Source: an uncultured virus (IMG/VR IMGVR_UViG_3300042310_000554) (lineage: Duplodnaviria > Heunggongvirae > Uroviricota > Caudoviricetes). Taken from it: a DNA stretch of 64,000 nt. Location of the stretch: the IMG/VR virus record IMGVR_UViG_3300042310_000554; one strand, written 5' to 3'. Position numbers and translations under genes: made by a program. Shown here one piece after another: positions 1 through 10,307 of this stretch. The first letter of the stretch is position 1; the number at the start of each line of letters is the position of its first letter. A model generated the notes under the pieces. That model ran no database searches. It worked only from the letters and a program-made list of their open reading frames with translations, and had not been told where the DNA came from.

Positions 1-1
1 A

Positions 2-274
2 GAATTTGGAAAACTTCCAAAACAAAAAAAACACGACGGTAAGTTAAAACAAAGATTATCGGAGAAGGACACAATAGAAGAACAACAGAAACAACAAATG
101 ACTAAAATGGTTGAGGATATTTTAACCAAAAAATCAAAAGATGATTCTGGAGTAATCAAAAATAATGGTATCAGTAAAATATTAATGAAAAATCTTCAAT
201 CTATTAAAAAAATTGCTGAAAAAGAAGGTATTAGTATTAATATGTTAATTAAATCACTAAAATCAAATGAATAA
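2..274 (+). CDS. Hypothetical protein, 5'-truncated by window edge
   Basis: Open frame from position 2 (EFGKLPKQKK...KSLKSNE) to TAA at 272-274, overlapping the next ATG. Confidence 0.6.
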   Translation, partial: EFGKLPKQKKHDGKLKQRLSEKDTIEEQQKQQMTKMVEDILTKKSKDDSGVIKNNGISKILMKNLQSIKKIAEKEGISINMLIKSLKSNE

Positions 275-737
275 GGATTTATACGGAAAATCTTTTGCTA
301 TCCCCCAAGATGTCATTGAATATTTACATCAATGCAATCAAGCTGTTGGTGAAGTGGATGAAACAACCGAAGGGTTTAAAAGAAATAAAGATTTAAGAGA
401 TAAGAAAGAAATTACATACCAACAATTAAAACGAATGAAAAATTGGTTTGATAATTTTGATGGTCACGAAAATGATACCACACATATTTTAAATGGTGGA
501 CATTATGTGAAAAATTGGGTCAATGACACATTAAATTCTATGAGAGATAATGTTGAGAATACTAAACAGAATAAGTCTGAAGTATTGCCAAATCAATTCA
601 TCCAACCTCACGAAAAAAATGATATGACAAAGATGAATAGACCAACTCAATCACATAAATCAGCCGTGAATAGATATGATTCGGCAATTGTTGAGAATTT
701 ACAAAGAATAAACGATTTAATAAAAAAAATAATTTAA
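267..737 (+). CDS. Hypothetical phage protein
   Basis: 156 aa ORF in a tightly packed operon; C-terminal IVENLQRINDLIKKII motif resembles other proteins in the window. Confidence 0.7.
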   Translation: MNKDLYGKSFAIPQDVIEYLHQCNQAVGEVDETTEGFKRNKDLRDKKEITYQQLKRMKNWFDNFDGHENDTTHILNGGHYVKNWVNDTLNSMRDNVENTKQNKSEVLPNQFIQPHEKNDMTKMNRPTQSHKSAVNRYDSAIVENLQRINDLIKKII

Positions 738-740
738 GTT

Positions 741-1034
741 ATGGCAAATTTAGACCCAATAGACTTGGCTCAACCAGAAAATAAGTTGTCGTCAATTGCG
801 ACAGCTCAAAGAGCAATATTATTCCCAAAAAATGATTATAAAACAACCAACCAATATTCTTCGGTTAATCCTGACGCATTGGCGGATGGTGACACTAAAG
901 GTAAAGGAACTGGTGGTGATTTAGATGTTTATAATCAAGGTGCCGGAGCAATCCAAGACATTTTAGAAAGAAAATCTGAAATAGTAGTGAATACCTTTAA
1001 ACCAAACGCACCTTACACCACACCAAGCGCTTAA
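741..1034 (+). CDS. Hypothetical protein
   Basis: 97 aa ORF; TAATG coupling to next gene. Confidence 0.65.
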   Translation: MANLDPIDLAQPENKLSSIATAQRAILFPKNDYKTTNQYSSVNPDALADGDTKGKGTGGDLDVYNQGAGAIQDILERKSEIVVNTFKPNAPYTTPSA

Positions 1035-1450
1035 TGAAACTTTACAATACATTTAAGTCCCTTATTTTAGAAGTAGCGTCAGTTGACTCAATAGTCAATG
1101 CTATAAAAAATAAAGACAAGATAATAATTTACTACGATGGTGATGAACCTGGTGGTCGTGGATTAAGGGAGATAGAACCTGTATGTTTCGGATACAGTAA
1201 AGCCGATAACCCTGTCCTACGAGCTTGGGATACTCAAGGAGCGTCTCACACCGGTTATAAAGGAGAACAACCCTTACCAGGATGGAGACTTTTTAGAGCA
1301 GATAAAATTCTCTCTTTTAAACCATCCGGAGAAAAGTTTGACACACCAAAACCCGGCTATAATACAGCCGGAGATAAAAGTATGACAAGAGTTATCATAA
1401 ATGCGGTTTTTAATGAGCAACCAACTCAAACAGAACCCACACAATATTAA
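1034..1450 (+). CDS. Stand-alone WYL-domain protein
   Basis: AIKNKDKIIIYY...REIEPVCFG...LRAW...GWRLFRADKI matches the WYL pattern (R.IEP, W R.FR.D.I); no HTH. Confidence 0.75.
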   Translation: MKLYNTFKSLILEVASVDSIVNAIKNKDKIIIYYDGDEPGGRGLREIEPVCFGYSKADNPVLRAWDTQGASHTGYKGEQPLPGWRLFRADKILSFKPSGEKFDTPKPGYNTAGDKSMTRVIINAVFNEQPTQTEPTQY

Positions 1451-1456
1451 AACATT

Positions 1457-2068
1457 ATGACAAACGAAAATAGTTTAATGGAAAAATTAATGGTGTCTAA
1501 AAAAATGATAGATATCCATAACCAAACACCAAGAGGGGGATTACCTTCTATGAATTCATATAATTCACCTGAAGTGGAATCATACGATGCTCCACAAGCG
1601 AAGTATTCGTTACCTCAAGAATTTTTACAAGAAAATTCATCATCAAATGAACCTTATTTATCGTCAATACCAAAAACACCAACGATGCCACAACCTCTTA
1701 CAAGTGATAGAGTTATGTCGTCTAAATTACCTGACGAAATAAAACGATTAATGATAGAACATCCAATCAGTCAACCAAACTCTATGGGGGGTGGTTCAGT
1801 ATTGTCGGATGAATTAGTTGAGAAAGCCTCAAAATTAATGAATTTAAAAGGTCCTCAACAACCAAAACAAGTTGTTAAAGAACAATCACCTCAACCAAAT
1901 TTTAACAACAAACAATTAAAAGAAATGTTAAAAGAAGTTGTGGAAGAAGTGTTGTTAGAAAATGGTATACTTGCCGAATCAACACAAAAATCAAATGAAG
2001 TCTTTTCTTTTAAAGTTGGAAAACATATATTTGAAGGTAAGGTTACAAAGATAAAAAAACTATCTTAA
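1457..2068 (+). CDS. Hypothetical protein
   Basis: 203 aa ORF followed by terminator. Confidence 0.7.
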   Translation: MTNENSLMEKLMVSKKMIDIHNQTPRGGLPSMNSYNSPEVESYDAPQAKYSLPQEFLQENSSSNEPYLSSIPKTPTMPQPLTSDRVMSSKLPDEIKRLMIEHPISQPNSMGGGSVLSDELVEKASKLMNLKGPQQPKQVVKEQSPQPNFNNKQLKEMLKEVVEEVLLENGILAESTQKSNEVFSFKVGKHIFEGKVTKIKKLS

Positions 2069-2088
2069 CTTTATTTACTCTCAAGATT

Positions 2089-2119
2089 AACCCTCATCTA
2101 CCAAGTTGGGGGTTTTTTT
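2089..2119 (+). terminator. Intrinsic terminator
   Basis: AACCCTCA...TGGGGGTT hairpin followed by T-run. Confidence 0.65.
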
Positions 2120-2180
2120 ATGGAGTAATGGTTGATATTCTCATTAACTATTGTTATATTTTCATTTATAATTTAATAAT

Positions 2181-3398
2181 ATGAAAGAAAAAATTAATGT
2201 ATTAGTTCTACCATCAGATACGTCAGGTGTTGGAAAATTTCGTTCGGTAGACCCTCATGTATTTTTACAAAACCAATATCCCGATGATTTTCATGTGGAT
2301 ATTGACTATAACCCAAAGATAGATGATATTAATTATTGGAAAAAATATCAGATAATTCACGCTCATAGAACTATTGGTAATAACTACGAAGTGTCGGCGC
2401 AAATAATTAAAGGGTTAAAAGAATTAGGAATTATTGTTATTGTTGATATTGACGATTATTGGTTACCAACGGTAGACCACCCAATCCATAGTATTATCGT
2501 AAAACATAAAATTCACGAGAAAATTGTTGCAAATTTAAAAGAAGCCAGTTATGTTACAACAACAACTGATTTATTTGCTAACGAAATTCGTAAGCTTAAT
2601 AAAAATGTATTAGTTTTACCAAACGCTATAAATCCAAAAGAAGGTCAATTTAATCAACCAACTCCACCATCAGATAAGATTAGAGTTGGATGGCTCGGAG
2701 GTAGTTCACACATTGAGGATTTAAATTTGTTGGGTGATTTTGTTCAAAAAAATCAAGACATAAATGATAAATTACAATATGTCATTTGTGGGTTTGATAT
2801 TAGAGGTACCGTAACGGAAATGAACCCACAAACAGGTGAAGAAAGAAAAAGAGATATATTACCTCACGAAACTGTTTGGACTAAATATGAAGATATTTTC
2901 ACTAACAAGTATAAAACCATAGATGAGAACTATAAAAAACATTTATTAGAGTTCAAAGAAAGAGACTTTATATCAACAAGTGATTTACCATATGTTAGAG
3001 TTTGGACAAAACCTGTTACAACTTACGCTATGAATTATTCAAAATTTGATATATCTTTGGCACCGATTAAAAATCATATATTCAATAGGATGAAATCTCA
3101 ATTAAAAGTGATTGAGGCTGGGTTTTATAAGAAAGCGTTAATTGCTTCAGAAATTGGACCTTACACAATTGATTTAAAACATTGTTTGAAAAATGGTAAT
3201 TTTACAGATGGTAATGCAATTTTAATCCCTGAAAATAGAAATCATAGTGATTGGTCTAAATCAATTAAAAAGTTGGTTCAAAACCCTGAAATGATTACTG
3301 AATTGGGTGAGAGATTATTTGAAACTGTTAAAGACAAATATGATTTAAAAAATGTGACGGTTACAAGGGCAGAATTTTACAAATCTTTAATTAAATAA
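2181..3398 (+). CDS. Glycosyltransferase (GT-B/GT4-like)
   Basis: DIDDYW, VLPNAI, RVGWLGGSSH, DISLAP...N.MKSQLKVIEAG motifs. Confidence 0.8.
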   Translation: MKEKINVLVLPSDTSGVGKFRSVDPHVFLQNQYPDDFHVDIDYNPKIDDINYWKKYQIIHAHRTIGNNYEVSAQIIKGLKELGIIVIVDIDDYWLPTVDHPIHSIIVKHKIHEKIVANLKEASYVTTTTDLFANEIRKLNKNVLVLPNAINPKEGQFNQPTPPSDKIRVGWLGGSSHIEDLNLLGDFVQKNQDINDKLQYVICGFDIRGTVTEMNPQTGEERKRDILPHETVWTKYEDIFTNKYKTIDENYKKHLLEFKERDFISTSDLPYVRVWTKPVTTYAMNYSKFDISLAPIKNHIFNRMKSQLKVIEAGFYKKALIASEIGPYTIDLKHCLKNGNFTDGNAILIPENRNHSDWSKSIKKLVQNPEMITELGERLFETVKDKYDLKNVTVTRAEFYKSLIK

Positions 3399-3402
3399 TA
3401 AA

Positions 3403-4104
3403 ATGATAAACATACCTTTAACCAAAATATTGTTTCTTGATATAGAAACAGTTGGTGGATGTAAAAACTATACCGAGTGTAAAGTTAACAATCCAAGTGT
3501 CGCAAAACAATTTGAGAAATATTTTGATTGGTTTCAAAAAAGATTCCCGGAAGATATTGGAGAATCATTAGACTATGTTTTTGAAAACCGAGCGGCGTTA
3601 GTTCCCGAGTTTTCAAAAATTGTTTGTGTTAGTGTAGCGTTTGTTATGGACAATGGGGACATTAAAAAACAATCATTCTCCGGAGACGATGAAAAAAAAT
3701 TATTAAAAGATTGTCAAACATTACTTAATCGTTGTGGTAAATTAGATTTTTATCTATGTGGACATAACTTAAAGAATTTTGACATCCCAATGTTGGCAAA
3801 AAGAATGATTATTAACGGATTAAAACCATCCTCAATATTACCTTCTTACAATACAAAACCTTGGGAGATTAAAGCCATTGACACCAAAGAAATTTGGCAA
3901 TACGGAGCTTACACCGCAATTGGTTCATTAGATTTAATGTGTTCTTGTATGGATGTTCCATCACCAAAGGAAGGTGATGTTACTGGAGATAAAGTTCACG
4001 ACGCGTATTGGAATAAAAATATGTTATCAGAAATCACCGCTTATTGTGAGCGTGATGTGTTGGTATTAATTGATGTAATAAAAAAATTAAAAGAATTAGA
4101 ATAA
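3403..4104 (+). CDS. PolB-type 3'-5' exonuclease (DnaQ-like)
   Basis: LDIET, GHNLKNFDIP, YCERDV exonuclease motifs I-III. Confidence 0.85.
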   Translation: MINIPLTKILFLDIETVGGCKNYTECKVNNPSVAKQFEKYFDWFQKRFPEDIGESLDYVFENRAALVPEFSKIVCVSVAFVMDNGDIKKQSFSGDDEKKLLKDCQTLLNRCGKLDFYLCGHNLKNFDIPMLAKRMIINGLKPSSILPSYNTKPWEIKAIDTKEIWQYGAYTAIGSLDLMCSCMDVPSPKEGDVTGDKVHDAYWNKNMLSEITAYCERDVLVLIDVIKKLKELE

Positions 4105-4700
4105 TGGAATATAATAATTTAGATTTTTTAGAGGAAAAGGCTAAAGAATTAAGACAAAGATTAGATGGTGATTTTGAAGATTTGGATATGACCGAAATGA
4201 TGAATGAACTAGGTGTTGATATTAAAGATTTAGAGGAAAAGATGTTGAATCATAGAACTAAATTACCTTTACAATTTAATAAATTACATCCCGATGCCGT
4301 AACACCTAAATACAATTACGAAGGTGATTCAGGGTTTGATTTACATTCTATTGATGAAGTAGTTATACCCCCATTTGGAAGAGCTTTAGTCCCAACAGGA
4401 TTATCCTTCGACATTAAAGATGGTTATGAAATTCAAGTTAGAACCAAAAGTGGGTTAGCCATTAATCAGGGTCTTATGATATTAAATTCTCCAGGAACAG
4501 TAGATTCGTCATACACTGGAGAAATAAAAGGAATTATTTTTAACACTAACCCTTTTGAGTTTACAATACCTAAAGGTATGAAAATAGGACAAGCTGTTCT
4601 ATGTCCTGTTGTAAATGGGGGGTGGGTTGACTTGATAGAAGTTAATAAAATAAACGAAAAAGATAGAGGTGAAAATGGATTTGGAAGTACAGGGATATAA
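4104..4700 (+). CDS. dut: dUTPase
   Basis: GFDL, RTKSGLA, GTVDSSYTGEI, RGENGFGSTG trimeric dUTPase motifs, with an N-terminal extension. Confidence 0.95.
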   Translation: MEYNNLDFLEEKAKELRQRLDGDFEDLDMTEMMNELGVDIKDLEEKMLNHRTKLPLQFNKLHPDAVTPKYNYEGDSGFDLHSIDEVVIPPFGRALVPTGLSFDIKDGYEIQVRTKSGLAINQGLMILNSPGTVDSSYTGEIKGIIFNTNPFEFTIPKGMKIGQAVLCPVVNGGWVDLIEVNKINEKDRGENGFGSTGI

Positions 4701-5250
4701 CTCAATAGATTTAAAAGTGGTAATGAGACCTTATGAGTCAGAACATGAATTAAGATTGTTTTGTCAAGAATTAAAAAAAACATTAGGAGATTCTCCGACA
4801 ATTGTTGAACTTGGTTCATATATGGGTGAAAGTAGTTTAATTTTTTCTCAAGAATTTCCTAATGGGAAAATAATATGTATTGATTCGTGGGAGGGTGGTT
4901 TTGATGAGTCTGATTCTGCTAGTCATGCCGATTATATTGATGTTGAAAAACAATTTGATTTAAGATTATCGTCTGTAAATAACATTACAAAATTAAAAGG
5001 GTATTCAACCGATTTTACAATTGAATGTGATATGGTTTATATCGATGCTTGTCATAAATATGAGTGTGTTATGAACGATATTAAACATTGGGAGCCGTTA
5101 ACTAAAAAAGTTATCTCTGGTCATGATTATAATACAGATGAATTTATTAGAATTCATCCACATATTGCGGGTGTTAAAGTAGCGATAAACGAATCACTAG
5201 GTACTCCGGATAAAATATTTGGTGACGGGTCTTGGTTTAAATTAAAATAA
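4669..5250 (+). CDS. Class I SAM-dependent methyltransferase (Methyltransf_24-like); true start possibly ATG 4723
   Basis: VELGSYMGES, YIDACHKYE, GHDY motifs. Confidence 0.8.
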   Translation: MKMDLEVQGYNSIDLKVVMRPYESEHELRLFCQELKKTLGDSPTIVELGSYMGESSLIFSQEFPNGKIICIDSWEGGFDESDSASHADYIDVEKQFDLRLSSVNNITKLKGYSTDFTIECDMVYIDACHKYECVMNDIKHWEPLTKKVISGHDYNTDEFIRIHPHIAGVKVAINESLGTPDKIFGDGSWFKLK

Positions 5251-5257
5251 ATTTTAT

Positions 5258-5962
5258 ATGATAACGATATACACAATAACTTATAACGAAGAAAAATTAA
5301 TTAAATTTTTTATTAATCACTACAGAGAAAGATTTCCAAATTGTGAAATTAATATTTTTGATAATTATTCAACTGACAGGACAACTGAAATTGCACAAGA
5401 ATTAGATTGTAATGTTATTTTGTACGATACAAATAATACATTGTCAGATAGCGAATATTTAAAAATTAAAAATAATTGTTGGAAGACATCTAAAACAGAT
5501 TGGGTTATTGTTTGTGATTGTGATGAATTATTGGAAATTAATGAGAATGATTTATGTAATGAAGAATTTAATATCGTTAAAACTGAAGGATATTCTATAA
5601 TGAATTTTGATGAGGATAAAGATTTAAATTTATTAGATGAGGGATTTCGAGATTTTGGGTTTGATAAGTCAATAATGTTTAATTCAAATGAAATTGATAA
5701 AATGAATTATTCTCCGGGGTGTCATCATTGTCGACCACAACCTAAATTAAATTGTGTTATATCGTACAGCGAAAAAAAATATAGATTACTTCATTACAAA
5801 TATCTTAGCCCTAATTATACCGTAGAACGACATAAAATGTTTGGTTTAAGGTTAAGCGATGATAATAAAAAAAATGGATGGGGAATCCATTATAATTTTT
5901 CGTCAGAAAGTATAATTAAATATTATAATAATAAACAAAAAGAATTAATTAAATTAATATGA
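5258..5962 (+). CDS. Glycosyltransferase family 2
   Basis: TYNEEK, DNYSTD, DCDE (DxD) motifs. Confidence 0.8.
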   Translation: MITIYTITYNEEKLIKFFINHYRERFPNCEINIFDNYSTDRTTEIAQELDCNVILYDTNNTLSDSEYLKIKNNCWKTSKTDWVIVCDCDELLEINENDLCNEEFNIVKTEGYSIMNFDEDKDLNLLDEGFRDFGFDKSIMFNSNEIDKMNYSPGCHHCRPQPKLNCVISYSEKKYRLLHYKYLSPNYTVERHKMFGLRLSDDNKKNGWGIHYNFSSESIIKYYNNKQKELIKLI

Positions 5963-6540
5963 AAGATAAAATTAACCACAATTATACAAATTTAGAGGGT
6001 TGGTTCAATATGGAAAACCAATACCTTGAATTATTAGATGAAGTTCCGGAAGGTGGAATATTTGTCGAATTAGGTGCATATAAAGGTAAATCAACCTCAT
6101 TTATTGTTACTGAAATAATCAACAAAGATAAGAACATTAAGTTTCACACTATTGATACCTTTGAAGGCGATAGTGGTTCTAATGATGAAAATGAGGTAAA
6201 TGCCTATAGGAACGTTATTGTTTCAAATATGTACGAAGAATTCATTAAAAATACCGAACATTTAAAAGAATATTTTAACGTTATTGTAGGTAAATCAGAT
6301 GAGTCATCCGAATTTTTTGAAGACGATAGTGTTGACGTAATTTTTATAGATGCTGGACATAGTTATGAGTCTGTTATTAAAGACATTAAATCGTGGTTAC
6401 CTAAAATAAAGAATGGTGGGATTATGTCAGGTCACGATTATAATAATAGTTGGCCAGGTGTTAAAATGGCGGTTAATGAAATTTTTAATAAAATTGATAA
6501 AATTGATAACGACTGTTGGTTCGTTAAAATAAATAAATAA
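5959..6540 (+). CDS. Class I SAM-dependent methyltransferase (Methyltransf_24-like)
   Basis: VELGAYKGKS, FIDAGHSYE, GGIMSGHDY. Confidence 0.85.
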   Translation: MKDKINHNYTNLEGWFNMENQYLELLDEVPEGGIFVELGAYKGKSTSFIVTEIINKDKNIKFHTIDTFEGDSGSNDENEVNAYRNVIVSNMYEEFIKNTEHLKEYFNVIVGKSDESSEFFEDDSVDVIFIDAGHSYESVIKDIKSWLPKIKNGGIMSGHDYNNSWPGVKMAVNEIFNKIDKIDNDCWFVKINK

Positions 6541-6552
6541 AAAAAATAAAAT

Positions 6553-7113
6553 ATGATACACGAAACAGGATATTGGAGTAAAGAAAACTCATTGTCACAC
6601 CACATACACAGTGAAAATTTAAGTAAATGGATATCGGATTATTTATCTCAATATAAAGACCATCAGATATATGATTTTGGTTGTGGTCTAGGAAATTACT
6701 TAAACGATTTAAGTTTAAAGGGGTTTAAAAAATTAAAAGGTATCGAAGCAGACCCGATGAATACTAATCAAGATTTTGAAATTTTACAACTTGATTTATC
6801 AGAACCATTTATGTTAGATGAAAAAGGTATTATCATATGTTTAGAGGTTGGTGAACATATTCCCGAAAAATACCAAGAAACTTTTTTAAATAATATTTTT
6901 AATAATTGTGATAAGCACTTAATAATGTCTTGGGCGGTAAGAGGTCAAGGTGGGTATGGTCATTTTAACGAACTAAATAACGATGAAATAATCCCTTTAA
7001 TTGAGGGATTAGGGTTTAAATATCTTGAAGATGTAAGCAAAATAGCTAGAAAATTACCCGAAGATAAATGTTCATATTTTAGGAATACTATTATGGTTTT
7101 TGAAAAAAAATAA
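6553..7113 (+). CDS. Class I SAM-dependent methyltransferase
   Basis: DFGCGLG, CLEVGEHI, GQGGYGHFNE. Confidence 0.8.
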   Translation: MIHETGYWSKENSLSHHIHSENLSKWISDYLSQYKDHQIYDFGCGLGNYLNDLSLKGFKKLKGIEADPMNTNQDFEILQLDLSEPFMLDEKGIIICLEVGEHIPEKYQETFLNNIFNNCDKHLIMSWAVRGQGGYGHFNELNNDEIIPLIEGLGFKYLEDVSKIARKLPEDKCSYFRNTIMVFEKK

Positions 7114-8638
7114 TATGATAACAATAATATACTCAACACATAAAGACGGAACATGCAATAACAAATTTAGACAACATTTGTTACAAAGTTCAGGTTTAAA
7201 AGATATTCAAATATTAGAATATATTAACCACAATCAATATAGTTTATCCGAATTATACAATAGAGGTATTTCTGAATCAGAGAATGATATTATCGTATGT
7301 TGTCATAACGATATTAAACTTGAAAATGGTTGGGGTAAGAAATTATTAAAAGATTTTGACGAAAACCCTGATTATGGTATTATAGGTAAAGCGGGTTCTT
7401 GTTATTTTCCGGAATCAGGGGTTTACTGGGAAAAAATGAATGAAACAATGGTTGGACAAGTTTATCACCACCCTAAAGGACAGAATAAGTGGTTAAGCAC
7501 TTATTCATCAAAATTACCTTATTTAATACCTGTCGTGACTATTGACGGGTTATTCATATCATTTAATAAGTTAAAAGTTAAACATCAATTTGATGAGACA
7601 ATAGGTAAATTTCATTTTTACGACCATTTATTTTGTGTCCCAAATTACTTAGATGGTATTAAAATTGGTGTTACCTCATCTTTTGAGATTACTCACGAAT
7701 CCGTTGGTAAACCTAATATAGAATTTTACCAATCAAAAGATATGTTCATTAAAAAATGGGGTAATAAATTACCTTTGGATTTAAAACCTTTGGAGGTTCA
7801 TATACCAATTATAAAAGAAAAACAATTAAAAAATATTGGTAGAGTTGCTGTAATTATACCAACAAAAGGTAAGACAGACTTATTATTTTCCTGTGTAAAC
7901 TCTTTTATAAAAAATTGTAATCCCCAATTATTTGATGTATTTATTGCCGACACTGGGTCGTCAGATTTTGAAAAAAAAGAAATTAAAGAATTTATATTAG
8001 ATAACCAAACTAATATTAGGATAACCTTAATTGAGTATGATTATTATAATTTTGCAAAAATTAATAATGATGTGGTTAAAAATCATATAACCGATGAATA
8101 CGAATTTTTATTATTTTGCAATAACGATATTAAAATCCTTAACAACGTTATTTACGGGATGTTAAAACATTTTAAAGAAAATCCAAAAATTGGGACTGTT
8201 GGATGTAGATTACATTACGGAAATAACACAATACAACATAATGGTATTGTCGCCAATTTTGATTCTGTTGGTAATTTTGGAGTAGGTCATATAGACTTAA
8301 ATAAATACTATTCTAAAACATATAAAGTTAATGATGTTATCGGTTCAACAGGTGGACTACTGATGATTAAAAAAATTATTTTTGAAAAATTAGGTTATTT
8401 TAACGAAAATTACATTTCTTGTTTCGAGGATGTTGAATTAAATTTAAAATCCACTTTATTAGGTTATCGGAATATTTGCGACACTAGCTTAGTGGCGTAT
8501 CATTTTGAAAGTCAAACTCGAAATGATGACCCTGAAAATTTAAAAAAATTACAACTTGATTTTAAGAATAATTTATTTCCATTTGTTTCTAATAATATAG
8601 AGAGACTACACAAACATATTTTAATGATTAAAACATAG
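7100..8638 (+). CDS. Two-domain GT-A/GT2 glycosyltransferase (likely start ATG 7116)
   Basis: N-domain CCHNDI...IDG...FHFYD; C-domain VIIPTK, DTGS, NFAKINN, NNDI, FEDVEL, HFESQTR. Confidence 0.85.
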   Translation: MKKNNMITIIYSTHKDGTCNNKFRQHLLQSSGLKDIQILEYINHNQYSLSELYNRGISESENDIIVCCHNDIKLENGWGKKLLKDFDENPDYGIIGKAGSCYFPESGVYWEKMNETMVGQVYHHPKGQNKWLSTYSSKLPYLIPVVTIDGLFISFNKLKVKHQFDETIGKFHFYDHLFCVPNYLDGIKIGVTSSFEITHESVGKPNIEFYQSKDMFIKKWGNKLPLDLKPLEVHIPIIKEKQLKNIGRVAVIIPTKGKTDLLFSCVNSFIKNCNPQLFDVFIADTGSSDFEKKEIKEFILDNQTNIRITLIEYDYYNFAKINNDVVKNHITDEYEFLLFCNNDIKILNNVIYGMLKHFKENPKIGTVGCRLHYGNNTIQHNGIVANFDSVGNFGVGHIDLNKYYSKTYKVNDVIGSTGGLLMIKKIIFEKLGYFNENYISCFEDVELNLKSTLLGYRNICDTSLVAYHFESQTRNDDPENLKKLQLDFKNNLFPFVSNNIERLHKHILMIKT

Positions 8639-8686
8639 ACATTTAAATTAAAAGAAGTATTCTTATAAAATAAAAACAATTATAAA

Positions 8687-9451
8687 ATGGCTGAACAACG
8701 AAAAAAGAAACCAACAACAACTACTTCTACCCCTGAACCAACAGGTAAACCGGTAAATAAAAAAGATTTAATTGGTCAAATCATTAAGAGAAAAACTAAA
8801 GAAAAGTTTTTAACTCTAAATCAAAAAAAGTATTACGACACTTTAATTGATAGTGAAATTACTGTTTGTTCTGGACCTGCGGGTGTTGGTAAAAGTTATA
8901 TAACAATGAAAGCGGCAATTGATTTACTTTCTGAACCAAAAAACTCTTACGAGAAAATAATCATTGTTAGACCGGCTGTTGAAGCTGAAGAAAAATTAGG
9001 TTCATTGCCCGGTAATGTTGAGGAGAAACTTGACCCATATATTTTTCCATCTTATTACTTATTAAATAAAATAATAGGTAAAGAAGCTAGGGAGAAATTA
9101 AAAGATATTGAAGTTATTGAAGTATTCGCATTAGCATTTATGAGAGGTATGAATATAGATAATTCTATATTAATTTTTGAAGAAGGACAAAACGCTTCTC
9201 CAAGTCAAATGAAACTACTTTTAACAAGGATTGGATATAATAGTAAGTTTTTTATCTCTGGTGATGTAGAACAGTCAGACAAATATAAAAATAAGACACA
9301 TAGTGGTTTATGGGACGCTATTGAAAAATTTAGAGATGATGATTACGTATCAACATTTGAATTTAAAGATAAGAATGATATTGTAAGAAATCCTTTAATT
9401 AGTAAAATATTACGTAAATACGATAACGAATCAGATGAGAATAGCAATTGA
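8687..9451 (+). CDS. phoH: PhoH-family ATPase
   Basis: GPAGVGKS Walker A, RPAVEAEEKLGSLPG, MRG, GDVEQSD, DIVRNPL. Confidence 0.95.
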   Translation: MAEQRKKKPTTTTSTPEPTGKPVNKKDLIGQIIKRKTKEKFLTLNQKKYYDTLIDSEITVCSGPAGVGKSYITMKAAIDLLSEPKNSYEKIIIVRPAVEAEEKLGSLPGNVEEKLDPYIFPSYYLLNKIIGKEAREKLKDIEVIEVFALAFMRGMNIDNSILIFEEGQNASPSQMKLLLTRIGYNSKFFISGDVEQSDKYKNKTHSGLWDAIEKFRDDDYVSTFEFKDKNDIVRNPLISKILRKYDNESDENSN

Positions 9452-10034
9452 AATTAATGGTGTTTTAAGAAACACTATTAATAAAATAGAACAAACATAT
9501 CAAAAATATTATATTGATAAAACTGACGGTATAGAAGATGAGATATTCAGTTATGGTATGTCTTTACCAGTAACATCACTAACATTACAAAACCATTTCA
9601 AATTTCAAGATGATGACGAACTATTCTCATTTTTATATGAAGAATTCCCGATGGAAATATTTGGTCACTCACAGTCATCGGAGTATTCAACATTTACTGA
9701 GTTAAACGAATTATATGTAAATTTAAGAGATAATCACGAGTTATTAATTGTGTCTGATGAAATCGGTAGGTCTAAACCAGCATCATTATTTTTCTTATCA
9801 AAATTTGGTTGTTTATTAGAAAAAGTAAAATTTTATAGTAATTCTACAATAAATTCTATGTGGAGTGAAATTGATGTTTTACTTACATCAAATCCTACCT
9901 TATTATTAGAACATCCTTCAGATAAAATATTAATAAAATTTGAGACGGAGTACAATAAAGAGATTAACACAATCCATTCAATAACATCAATTAAAGAACT
10001 GGAAGATAAATTAAAAAAAATTATAGAATGTTAA
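9435..10034 (+). CDS. HAD-fold 5'(3')-nucleotidase-like protein, catalytic motif degenerate
   Basis: N-terminal RIAIEINGVL resembles I.DxDGVL. Confidence 0.5.
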   Translation: MRIAIEINGVLRNTINKIEQTYQKYYIDKTDGIEDEIFSYGMSLPVTSLTLQNHFKFQDDDELFSFLYEEFPMEIFGHSQSSEYSTFTELNELYVNLRDNHELLIVSDEIGRSKPASLFFLSKFGCLLEKVKFYSNSTINSMWSEIDVLLTSNPTLLLEHPSDKILIKFETEYNKEINTIHSITSIKELEDKLKKIIEC

Positions 10035-10303
10035 AAGTATTAGGTGAAAATTATTACTTGGATTTAGATAAAATTGATGCTTATGTTCAAATAGAAGAGA
10101 AAGTATCATCATCCGGAGAAACAGAGGGTACGGCAATTAGTATTATAAAATACGAAACAATTAAATTAATGTTAGAAATTATAATGGACGAACAGGAAGA
10201 AATTGACGATAAATTAGGAATTAAAGGTATTAGTCAATTATCGATTCCGTTTAAATTAGCTTTTAACACTTTATTATATAAAAATTTACTAAATAAATTA
10301 TAA
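10028..10303 (+). CDS. Hypothetical protein
   Basis: 91 aa ORF within operon. Confidence 0.65.
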   Translation: MLKVLGENYYLDLDKIDAYVQIEEKVSSSGETEGTAISIIKYETIKLMLEIIMDEQEEIDDKLGIKGISQLSIPFKLAFNTLLYKNLLNKL

Positions 10304-10307
10304 CACA

